Under the pieces are notes generated by a model. The model was not told where the DNA came from. It saw only the letters and a program-made list of their open reading frames with translations, and did no database searches. The position numbers and the translations under genes were made by a program. DNA of 63,967 nucleotides, filler included, from Octopus bimaculoides (taxonomy: Eukaryota), in assembly GCF_001194135.2 (NCBI RefSeq). It is 11 parts of 9 records of this genome, joined end to end, with 100 filler letters (N's around TTAATTAATTAA, not from the genome) between each part and the next. Parts side by side here need not be neighbours in the genome. Positions count along the whole stretch, not along the records: positions 47,668 to 53,294 come from NC_068982.1; positions 53,395 to 55,223 come from NW_026304582.1; positions 55,324 to 57,950 come from NC_068984.1; positions 58,051 to 61,773 come from NC_068985.1; positions 61,874 to 63,967 come from NC_069002.1; 6 more parts are not named here. One strand, written 5' to 3'. Shown here piece by piece: positions 53,120 through 63,967 of the stretch (its first letter is position 1; each line of letters begins with the position of its first letter).

Positions 53120-53394
53120 ACAAATAATAAATGAGTATATGCATATATACGTACAGGTATGTGCATACCTACGTCTACCTGTATATATAGGTTCATAACT
53201 GGGTAGAGGACATTGCAAACAAAACGTAGACAAAAAAATAATAATAACCAGAGTACAGAACACACACAGGCCACACACACACACAGACATATATNNNNNN
53301 NNNNNNNNNNNNNNNNNNNNNNNNNNNNNNNNNNNNNNTTAATTAATTAANNNNNNNNNNNNNNNNNNNNNNNNNNNNNNNNNNNNNNNNNNNN

Positions 53395-53472
53395 CATCTG
53401 CTGGGCAGCTAATTTCCACAACTGTGCACAGTTTCTCTTCTCTACTCCAAACCGTTATGTCAGGTCTATCAT
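53395..53472 (-). pseudogene. R4/Dong-like RLE fragment, (TACA)n-associated family
   Basis: YDRPDITVWSREEKLCTVVEISCPAD begins directly after (CATA)n and runs into a gap; homologous to 4285 onward. Confidence 0.75.
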
Positions 53473-53714
53473 ATATGTATGTATGTATGTATGTGTGTAA
53501 TGTAATGTATGTGTATGTGTGCATGTGTGTGTGTATGTCTGTATCTGTTAATTAATAGAAATAGGTGAGCATACATGCACACACATACATATATATACGT
53601 ATACACACGTGAATACATACATGCTCGCACATATATATAAACCTATGTGTGTGCGTGTATATATATATGTTTATCTACCTACCTACTTACCTACCTACCT
53701 ACCTACCTACCTAC

Positions 53715-53766
<52 letters not shown>

Positions 53767-53838
53767 ATATCTATCTATCTATCTATCTATCTATCAGTCT
53801 GTCTGTCTATCTCTGTCTCTGTCTCTCTCTCTATGTAT

Positions 53839-53875
<37 letters not shown>

Positions 53876-54224
53876 CACATATATATACATACATATATGC
53901 ATGCATACATACATACATGTACCTATACAATTCCGCACATACATATGCATCCCTCCACATAGTGGCACGTTGGGTCCATGCCATTGTAGGCGTAACAGAA
54001 AGGAAATAGTCACACGCTGTTGTAAAGCTATTAACAGTTCCTTGTCATTACTGACTCGTTTTTATAGCATTTCGGTGAGTGGGAGTTTGTCCACCCACTA
54101 GAAAATATACATGTGTGTGTATGGGTGTGTGTATGTGTGTTTGTGTGTGTTTGTGTTTGTGTCTATGGGTGTGTGTGTAAAATGTATGCATGGGCATGTA
54201 TGTGTATATTTATGTACGTACGTG

Positions 54225-54259
<35 letters not shown>

Positions 54260-54805
54260 NNNNNNNNNNNNNNNNNNNNNNNNNNNNNNNNNNNNNNNNN
54301 NNNNNNNNNNNNNNNNNNNNNNNNNNNNNNNNNNNNNNNNNNNNNNNNNNNNNNNNNNNNNNNNNNNNNNNNNNNNNNNNNNNNNNNNNNNNNNNNNNNN
54401 NNNNNNNNNNNNNNNNNNNNNNNNNNNNNNNNNNNNNNNNNNNNNNNNNNNNNNNNNNNNNNNNNNNNNNNNNNNNNNNNNNNNNNNNNNNNNNNNNNNN
54501 NNNNNNNNNNNNNNNNNNNNNNNNNNNNNNNNNNNNNNNNNNNNNNNNNNNNNNNNNNNNNNNNNNNNNNNNNNNNNNNNNNNNNNNNNNNNNNNNNNNN
54601 NNNNNNNNNNNNNNNNNNNNNNNNNNNNNNNNNNNNNNNNNNNNNNNNNNNNNNNNNNNNNNNNNNNNNNNNNNNNNNNNNNNNNNNNNNNNNNNNNNNN
54701 NNNNNNNNNNNNNNNNNNNNNNNNNNNNNNNNNNNNNNNNNNNNNNNNNNNNNNNNNNNNNNNNNNNNNNNNNNNNNNNNNNNNNNNNNNNNNNNNNNNN
54801 NNNNN

Positions 54806-54837
<32 letters not shown>

Positions 54838-55439
54838 TTGTGTGTAAGTGTATACACGCGCACATATATGCAGAGACAAAGACATAGTCACAGATATCGA
54901 GTTATAGAGAAAATAGAAAAAGACGGGTGGAGGGTGATGGGCTGAGGTGGCTGCAGATGGAAGGATTGTAGGGTTTGGAATAAGTATGGTGGAAGAGGGG
55001 TGGACAGAGATCGTAAAACAGCTCTATGGAGCGTTGTTAAAAAAAGGCGGGCTGTACAGAGTGACGGCAAGAATGAAGTAGGACCGGCAGTTTTATATAT
55101 TATAAAAAAATTTTATATAGTGAAGATAACGAAATATTTTCAGACTTGGTGAAGTGCGGTAGGGGAGCGAAGGCGTGGAGTATTTTTTGGTAGGGGTGGG
55201 CAGAGTTGGGTTTGTAGGATTGCNNNNNNNNNNNNNNNNNNNNNNNNNNNNNNNNNNNNNNNNNNNNTTAATTAATTAANNNNNNNNNNNNNNNNNNNNN
55301 NNNNNNNNNNNNNNNNNNNNNNNATATTATATATATATGCGTGTGTGTGTGTGTGTGTGTGCGTGTGTGTGCGTGTGTGTGTGTGTATATATGTGTATAT
55401 GTGTGTGTGTGTATGTATGTATGTATGTATGTATGCGTT

Positions 55440-55690
55440 CAGATTTGTATGTTTTTTATGTATGTATTCTCATGCATATAGTTGCATATCTAGACATGCT
55501 CCTCAAGAAAGTTTTACAGATCTTTACTGTTCCAGTGATGGATTGGATCTGTAGTCTTCGAATTAGTTTTGCCATTTTTGGTTTTGAGAAGTCTAATTTC
55601 TCAAGATTGGTATTTAGGCAGTGCGTTACATATTCAAGGGACCCAATAATTACAGGTATAAACCTGAAATTGTATGAAATCGCACTTAGG
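55440..55690 (-). pseudogene. R4/Dong-like 3' end, (TACA)n-associated family
   Basis: YNFRFIPVIIGSLEYVTHCLNTNLEKLDFSKPKMAKLIRRLQIQSITGTVKICKTFL; the 3' region matches 4690-4745 and ends in (CATA)n. Confidence 0.8.
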
Positions 55691-55839
55691 GTGAGAGGAA
55701 GAGTGAAGGAGAGAGAGGTAGACGAGAACGAAAAAGATGCACATGTATATGTGTATTTGTGTGTATATATAGTTGTATGTATGTATGTATATATATCAAT
55801 ATCTATATGAATGTGTGCGTGTACGCGTGTATACATACA

Positions 55840-55871
<32 letters not shown>

Positions 55872-56504
55872 AAGCGATTGAGTACACGTTCGACAATGTT
55901 CCTACTCAGCATTCCATATGTGTATACACATGTGTGTATGTGTGTGTATGTGTGTGTGTGTGTCTGTGTCTGTGTGAGCATATATATATATATATATACA
56001 TAGTAGTAGTAATAGTAGTAGTACACACACACACATANNNNNNNNNNGTGTGTGTGTGTGTGTGTGTGTGTGTCTGTGTGTGTGTGTGGACACAGAAAGA
56101 CACACATTCCACTAAGAGACATAATGGCATTCATTTCATCTTAGTATTTGTCACGTATGCAATCGCACTTAGGGAGAGAGAGAGGGAGAGAGAGAGAGAG
56201 AGGNNNNNNNNNNNNNNNNNNNNNNNNNNNNNNNNNNNNNNNNNNNNNNNNNNNNNNNNNNNNNNNNNNNNNNNNNNNNNNNNNNNNNNNNNNNNNNNNN
56301 NNNNNNNNNNNNNNNNNNNNNNNNNNNNNNNNNNNNNNNNNNNNNNNAGAGAGAGAGAGAGATGTGAATGTATATGTGTATGTGTGTGTATATCTAATTG
56401 TATATATGTCTATATACATAAAAATATATGCATACGCATACATACATGCGCACACACATACACACACATACTCATATATATATATTTACCTATGTATATA
56501 TATG

Positions 56505-56559
<55 letters not shown>

Positions 56560-57277
56560 NNNNNNNNNNNNNNNNNNNNNNNNNNNNNNNNNNNNNNNNN
56601 NNNNNNNNNNNNNNNNNNNNNNNNNNNNNNNNNNNNNNNNNNNNNNNNNNNNNNNNNNNNNNNNNNNNNNNNNNNNNNNNNNNNNNNNNNNNNNNNNNNN
56701 NNNNNNNNNNNNNNNNNNNNNNNNNNNNNNNNNNNNNNNNNNNNNNNNNNNNNNNNNNNNNNNNNNNNNNNNNNNNNNNNNNNNNNNNNNNNNNNNNNNN
56801 NNNNNNNNNNNNNNNNNNNNNNNNNNNNNNNNNNNNNNNNNNNNNNNNNNNNNNNNNNNNNNNNNNNNNNNNNNNNNNNNNNNNNNNNNNNNNNNNNNNN
56901 NNNNNNNNNNNNNNNNNNNNNNNNNNNNNNNNNNNNNNNNNNNNNNNNNNNNNNNNNNNNNNNNNNNNNNNNNNNNNNNNNNNNNNNNNNNNNNNNNNNN
57001 NNNNNNNNNNNNNNNNNNNNNNNNNNNNNNNNNNNNNNNNNNNNNNNNNNNNNNNNNNNNNNNNNNNNNNNNNNNNNNNNNNNNNNNNNNNNNNNNNNNN
57101 NNNNNNNNNNNNNNNNNNNNNNNTCTCTCTTTCTCCTCACTCATCTAACTCTTGACTTTTAATTTACACTATAACTAATAAAATTATTTACATGTCTAAT
57201 TATAAAATCTCTACTAAGAACTTAATGTCGATCACACAAGACACTCAAACGCTCCCCTTATATATAAGTGTATGTGC

Positions 57278-57308
<31 letters not shown>

Positions 57309-57358
57309 TGTATGTATGCATGTATGTATGTATGTATGTATGCATGTATGTATATGTA

Positions 57359-57419
<61 letters not shown>

Positions 57420-57867
57420 CCATGTATATACATGTATGTATGTGTGTGTGTATATATGATGTGGAATCACTCGGGTGGTAAAAGTAGTTGTTTAGTCTCT
57501 AACAAAAACAAAGTTTGTATAGAAAACACAAAAAATTCGATAATTGATCAATAAAGTTTATTAATCAATGCATCAAATACACTTCGTACGATATTGAGAT
57601 TAAACGGAAAATTTCGATAAGATGAAATATACAATTCCAGTTCGAAAGCAACAAATATTACTTATTACTGTGAGGAACTAAATATATTACCAACGTATAT
57701 ACGAGAGCAAAATAAAACATGAGATTTATTTCATCTTATTCTTATAACGGTATATATTGCATAATCTCTACAGCTGTTTCGCTAGCAAATACTGACGTGT
57801 TGGGCGATAATCTTAACAGTTATGATAGCTTATTCGAAGTGTGTATGAGTGTGTTTCTCTCTCTCTT

Positions 57868-57915
<48 letters not shown>

Positions 57916-58049
57916 CACATACTCAAACAGTACCATGCCGATACATCAATNNNNNNNNNNNNNNNNNNNNNNNNNNNNNNNNNNNNNNNNNNNNTTAATT
58001 AATTAANNNNNNNNNNNNNNNNNNNNNNNNNNNNNNNNNNNNNNNNNNN

Positions 58050-58575
58050 NCATAAAAGACACCATTTCGAGCGTGGCCGTTTTCGTGCGGGTGACACGTA
58101 AAAGCACCCACTACACTCTCTGAGTGGTTGGCGTTAGGAAGGGCATCCAGCTGTAGAAACTCTGCCAAATCAGACTGGAGCCTGGTGTTGCCATCCGGTT
58201 TCACCAGTCCTCAGTCAAATCGTCCAACCCATGCTAGTATGGAAAGCGGACGTTAAACGATGATGATGATGATGATGATATATATTTATAACATTGAGCC
58301 TCAAAGAGGCTCCCATGCAGGTGGCACACAATAAACACCTTTTGAGTGTGGTCTTTGCCGGTACCACCTGACTGGTCCTCGTGCTGGTGGCACGTAAAAG
58401 CACCCACTACACTCTTGGAGTGGTTGGCATTAGGAAGGGCATCCAGCTGTAGAAACTTTGCCAGATTAGATTGGAGCCTGGTGCAGCCTCCTGGCTTGCC
58501 AGTCCTCAGTCAAACCATCCAACCCATACCAGCATGGAAGGCAGACATTAAATGACGATGATGATGATGATGAAC
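58050..58575 (+). mobile_element. Two head-to-tail copies of (GAT)n-tailed repeat family D
   Basis: gtaaaagcacccactacactc...ttaggaagggcatccagctgtagaaact...gatgatgat occurs twice (about 58050-58280 and 58315-58575). Confidence 0.85.
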
Positions 58576-61500
58576 ATGATGTACCAGAAGAAATACTATA
58601 AAGCCTTTTTTTTTCTATTCTCATGATTCTGCTCAAACTGATGAGAACAAATATTTAGGAAGTGTACCTCTCATGTTTTCAAGTCCCTTTAGATTGGACT
58701 TCAGCCCAGAATCCTTCTGATCTGCATGGAAATATCTTATAAAGTCTTTTTTCCTTACAAAAGCCAATGTTGCTTAGACAAAACAAAAAACACACTAATT
58801 TTACCTTGCATAGTAGCACGGTGCAGAACACGAGAAAATATGGATTATACCAGAGTTGAAATACCTTTAACATTACGTAGTTGTCATCACAGCATCGAAC
58901 AAACCTTCAGATGCTGTTATCCACCACTGGTCACAATGCGTTTGATTGTGCCATTCTTTTCCATCTTGACCTAAATTGTTTAACTCGATTATTTTCCAGT
59001 CGTTGTGGAGGACTTTGAAGTGGTCCTTTCCAATCCCTTGAATACCACTTGTCAACTGCACAGGGTCCATCTGTTGTCTGTGAATCTTGTTACATCGTTG
59101 GCCAGTAAACCTTAAGCTTTCAATACTCTACAATCACTTCAGAATGAACAAAATCCAGGTGTATAAAAATTTTTGGATTTGATGAGACTTACAACATAGA
59201 AATTATTTCACCAAAGAAATAAAAGAATCTCAGAAAATACATGATACCAACTGAAAGAAACTTGAATAACGAATTATTTCCATTTTCTTTTGATTTCCAT
59301 TCTGCCTGCTTTGAAAATGTTCATTGTAGAAACACAGCAGGTTTGAAAGCATATAATAGGTTCCAGATATATGTGAAATGTGAACAATTACAATTACCAG
59401 TTGATTAAGTATAAGTTTACTTGGTGCATGAATAATTAAAGAATTTTGTTCAGGTCAGCAAAGGAATTGCAAAATCTGAAATAACAGTCAATGCTGTCTC
59501 AAATCACATCATACCAGCTTGAAAAAAGGAAGACCACATTTTGTATTTTCAACTTAGACAACACACCATGTCCACCATGTCTGTAAAAAAATAAACCAGT
59601 CAAAGTTGAAATAGCTTTCATTATAGCTGGGCTGCCCTGGGGCTAAACAAGAACAACTACGTTCTATGAGAACCGTTGGGATTTGATTAAAATCCATTTT
59701 TTGTCATCTATATTAATTTTTCTATTTGTTTCTTACCCAATTACGAATCAAGAAATGTATAGGCTTCAGGAAATGGGATTTTGCAATACTCATGTGTCTT
59801 TTGAAGATAGTGTTTATTAAGGGAACAAATGAAGTGAAAAGACTTCAAGCACCAACGAAAACTAGGTAATGTTATCAACACATGGAGATGGAGGGAGTCC
59901 ATGTTTTGCTACAGAACAAATACCTTCGTTGTAATATTTTCCATATTAAACTCAACCAATATCTATTGCAATCCCTTGAATCATGTATAAAGGTGCAGCA
60001 TCTTCATATTCTGCGAGAAATATCTTCTGGCATCACTGAGGTAAAAGTAATTATCATATCAGTTTATACATTCATTATTATTGTGTCAAAAAAAGTAAAA
60101 TATAATATTCTACCAAATATTTAGCTGCCAAGCATTGAATCTTCAATGTACCAGCAGTTTAGGCTTGGTAGTAAAAGAAAGACTGCATAAAAAAAACACA
60201 CAAAGCAATGACAAAACAGAAGGAAACCACTTACATAAGTTATCCATTGATGGTAAAAAAAAAATGCAAGAAAAAGTCTAATTCATTTATCTTGCAGCAT
60301 ATTAAGAATAAAATGTGCATTGTTGTTATATAAGGAAAAAAAATCCTAAGAATTATATTTTGGTGTTGCTATGTAATTGTTTCAGTTCAACAAATTCATT
60401 AAGATGCAAAAGAAATTGGTTTGAAATCCATCCCAAAACAGTCAGTTTGCCAGGAGAAACAATCTTCAAATTTCTTTCAACTGAAAACTCATCTTTGAAG
60501 GTATTTATTTTTCTCAATCTCATATTGATATAATCAACATCATGTGTATATGTGTGCATGCATGTATGCACACATTTGTGCATATGCACCTGCATGTGTC
60601 AGTAAACATATTTTATTTTTTGTTGTTTACTCTGTGTTGCTTTGCTTTTGTTTCCTCCTTTCTTTGCTCCGTCTTATTTTGATTATCAATAAAAATAATA
60701 ATAATAACAATGATAATAATAAAAATGAAAATAATAATAATAATAATAATGATAATAAAAATGAAAATAATGATAATGATAATAATAATGTATGTATATA
60801 TGTTTATGCATATGCATGTGTCTGTATGTATGTGTGTTGTATGTTGTATGTTGTGTGTGTGTGTGTGTATGTGTGTGTATGTGTGTGTGTGTATTGGTTT
60901 TTCAAAAAATTATTTGGCTTGCTTTGAAGACTTTTTTTTATTTGGATTCTACATTCCTTGACTACTATTGCTTCTGTGGTTTTATTTTTTCCTTCCCTTT
61001 TTTTTTATATCATCTCATGAGCCATCTTAATTTTCATTTTCATTTTTGGAACTATAACTGATTGAAAGATCTTAAGAAAAAAAGGCTGTGCATTTTTTTT
61101 CCATTAACTCACAGCAGTTGTTACAGAATTGTATTATTTCCTTCAGAATGATTTTATGAACAAGCTATTTGTCTATATGTCCACATGCAATATCAAAGAA
61201 CCTCATACTCAAACAAGATTATATGGAAATGCTCACTCACACATCTCTCTCTCTCAAGTCTCTCTCACTCAACACTCTCTCACTCAGCTCTCTCTCTCTC
61301 TCTCCTTTGTTCTCTCTTTCCCTCTCTCTTTCTCTAACTCATTCTGTTTATGCATATTTTTTTGTATTTTAATTTCCTCATAAACCTGCCTCACAAACTG
61401 CAAAGCTAAATACCTTATGTAACACATGCGGACGATTGATTTTGTATGTAGCACAGCAAAACACCAATTTCTAGTTCACTGGCTGCTTACCTCTCCTACA

Positions 61501-61689
61501 AGAGTACTCCAGAGAATTCCTGAGTAACTTGTCTGCTTTACTGGTTAATTGTTTCAAAAGAGAACCAAGTGAATTTGAGTCCACTTCCCCTAAATGGTTA
61601 GAAAGGTGCAGACGACGCTGTCTGAAATATTCAGTTCGTATTCATATCTGCTTCTCCATCTACCAACCAATTTATCTGTCTATCTATAT

Positions 61690-61730
<41 letters not shown>

Positions 61731-62169
61731 ATGTATGTTTGTGTGTGTATGTATATATTTGTATATTCATATANNNNNNNNNNNNNNNNNNNNNNNNNNN
61801 NNNNNNNNNNNNNNNNNTTAATTAATTAANNNNNNNNNNNNNNNNNNNNNNNNNNNNNNNNNNNNNNNNNNNNTAGATCGACCTCAGAACTCGATTGTTT
61901 CTTAGTTTTATCGATCCTGAAGCGATGAAAGGTGAAGGTAACATCGATAGAATTTGAACCAAAAAAAAAAAATGCTGCTAATCATTTTGTCCGACGAGTT
62001 AACGATTCGGACAACTCGTCATCATCATCGGGTCGAGCTTGCTCGGACATTTTTAACACCGCACACACCACCCTTCTTGGTCGTGCATTATCTGAGGGAA
62101 GTCTTGGGAGAAATGCATCCAGAGTCTCTGGAGAGTTGACCTACATATGTTATATTCCGACAAAAATTT

Positions 62170-63000
62170 ACAATTCGTCGTATTCTAGGAGTAAAAAACC
62201 AGAAATCTTGAAATAGTATTACTGTTAGTTGATTTCTTGAAGGTTTTTGACTGAATCTGCCTTCGTAGAATGGTAAGAAATACTACTAAATCTATTATAT
62301 AGTTAGTATGTAATATTTAATTCTTATGCAACAATTTATGAGTGATTTGTGTATTCTCACGACGTATAGAATCTGTTGTATTTGTGGCGTTTTATTGATT
62401 GTAGAAGCGATATTTGGTTTACTCTGTTATAATACTCGTGGATGATTAGTTTTCATTTCATTCTGTGGATTTCTTTATCTATTCCTTCATTTGAGCAGAG
62501 CCTAACTGCTCATCTAAGTAGGGTTTTTTTTTTGTATCTATTTAAGCATTGACTCTCTCCCTGTATGTAATACACACGCATTATTTGCGTCTCTGCTGCA
62601 AAAACGAACAGTATATATCTGAAATTTTCTATCTGAGTGTTTGTGTTTAAACATATAATGAAGTCATTGTATAGCTACAAGTCTTATGCGTGCTGATCTG
62701 GATGTCGAGAAATTTTTTGTTATAAGGATTTGCTTTTTTAGGTCTTCATTAATATTTTTTAACGCCTTACACAGACTCTATTACGACAAGTATATCGTTC
62801 AAATACCACGAATATATCATGTTTACGTATTGGTACCATTTTATTGCCTACTTTTTCAGGGTTTATATCCAAGTGGTTTTCTTATAGATAAAGTCGTTAA
62901 GTTTAGTGTCTTTCTAGTTTATTATTAGGATTAGTTTTATAGGTTGGTGCGATTCATTTTGAATTCGGTTTTTGTGGTTTTTGATAATGCGTACGTCTAT
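62170..63000 (-). pseudogene. Highly decayed Penelope-like RT fragment
   Basis: Minus-strand pieces RKHDIFVVFE, LDIQIS and AVRLCSNEGIDKEI occur in PLE RT order (YVDDIF / FLD / A.R.CS). Confidence 0.45.
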
Positions 63001-63415
63001 TCTAAACTTACTATACATTTAATGCTATTGTGGCCACGCTGAACGCCGCAAACGTGGAGCCTTTTATATGAGTGAAAAGCTGGCTATTCCATCACTTTAT
63101 TTACGTAATTTGCCTTTTGGATAGGGAAAGGGCATTTCCATTGTAAAATCACAATAATCATTTTCACTGTGTTAGTTGCTATCATGGCTGCTTTCATTTT
63201 TCGCTGTTTGGCTGTTTTGTATACGTCATCTGTGTGAGTAACTGTATGCGAACGTGCGTGTGCGCATGTTTGTACATAGACTCGCATATAGCATCATTGA
63301 TTATATACAAACAATATACATCAATGCATATGTGTGTGTGTGTGTGTGTCCGCATGCACATGCCTGTAGATATATATACTTGTGCATGCAGACACATATG
63401 CAGTGATGTTTATGC

Positions 63416-63459
<44 letters not shown>

Positions 63460-63469
63460 NNNNNNNNNN

Positions 63470-63510
<41 letters not shown>

Positions 63511-63656
63511 ACGGTGGACTCTTATGTCAGAGATGACAGGTCAGGATTCTGCAGTTTCTTGTTAAACAACCTGCACAGAAGATTTGTTTATAGTGTTCAA
63601 ATGCTTGTGCTGTCCATAAGCTGATTCCCTCCCTCACATCAACATTACTTCTACAG

Positions 63657-63773
63657 CTGTACGGTGAACCACACATCTGTTGCCGAAGTGATCGCAGAGC
63701 AGAGCAGAGTGACGTGGAATGTCTTGCGGAAGAACAGAGCGCATCGCGCCGTCCGGGAATACAACACACGTTC
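63657..63773 (+). CDS. Candidate internal coding exon (117 nt, phase 2-2), unknown protein
   Basis: Pyrimidine-rich acceptor ...ttacttctacAG and donor GTGAGT; open frame CTVNHTSVAEVIAEQSRVTWNVLRKNRAHRAVREYNTR; the frame stops right after the donor. Confidence 0.45.
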
Positions 63774-63896
63774 GTGAGTGACAGACCCCAACCATTAGAC
63801 TTACGCGCCTTCGGATGCAGATTGCATTAATAACCAGCCAGAGGAAGATTCTTCTTGGGGTTAAAAATTGTACTAACCTCGGTTCGTACGAAACAG

Positions 63897-63967
63897 CCAT
63901 GTTGAAGTGGCGATAAAGATTACTATAGTTACTGCTTTCATCTCTTATGGAGATTTTCTAACTATAT
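63897..63967 (+). CDS. Candidate next exon (runs off window)
   Basis: Intron 63774-63896 has TACTAAC at 63871-63877 and ends acAG. The phase-compatible frame (S)HVEVAIKITIVTAFISYGDFLTI is open to the window end. Confidence 0.35.

Noticed and set aside
60027-60035. In-frame TGA after a strong acceptor as selenocysteine
   Set aside because: No CxxU/UxxC context and no SECIS found; the exon itself is unproven.
8563-61829. Ten regularly recurring TTAATTAATTAA motifs, superficially a dispersed repeat or CRISPR-like array
   Set aside because: Always N-flanked (44 N each side where counted) and palindromic with stops in six frames: an assembly linker. The unflanked TAAT run near 31808 is ordinary low complexity.

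Overview
This is AT-rich, gap-riddled eukaryotic (animal) genomic DNA, not prokaryotic. The SINE families, extreme microsatellite density and scaffold style suggest an octopus/cephalopod draft assembly (inference). There are no operons, CRISPR arrays, rRNA genes or true tRNA genes. Almost all ORFs in the supplied track are translated microsatellites or N-runs. Ten N-flanked TTAATTAATTAA strings are assembly gap linkers. What can be supported: (i) many copies of at least four short interspersed repeat families, three with tRNA-like A/B-box heads; (ii) decayed fragments of Penelope-like (RT and GIY-YIG), RTE, R4/Dong-like (restriction-like endonuclease) and mariner elements; (iii) microsatellites and several minisatellites, three of them built from SINE heads; (iv) a candidate promoter/first exon near 6.6 kb and candidate spliced exons at 58.9-64 kb, with no gene identified. 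The most interesting signals are R4/Dong-like retrotransposon fragments that repeatedly sit in a specific microsatellite: one family in (TAA)n, as Dong is known to, and a second in (TACA)n. There are also three minimal hammerhead-ribozyme-like motifs tied to Penelope-like remnants, one with a non-canonical core. All assignments come from reading motifs by eye; no searches were run.
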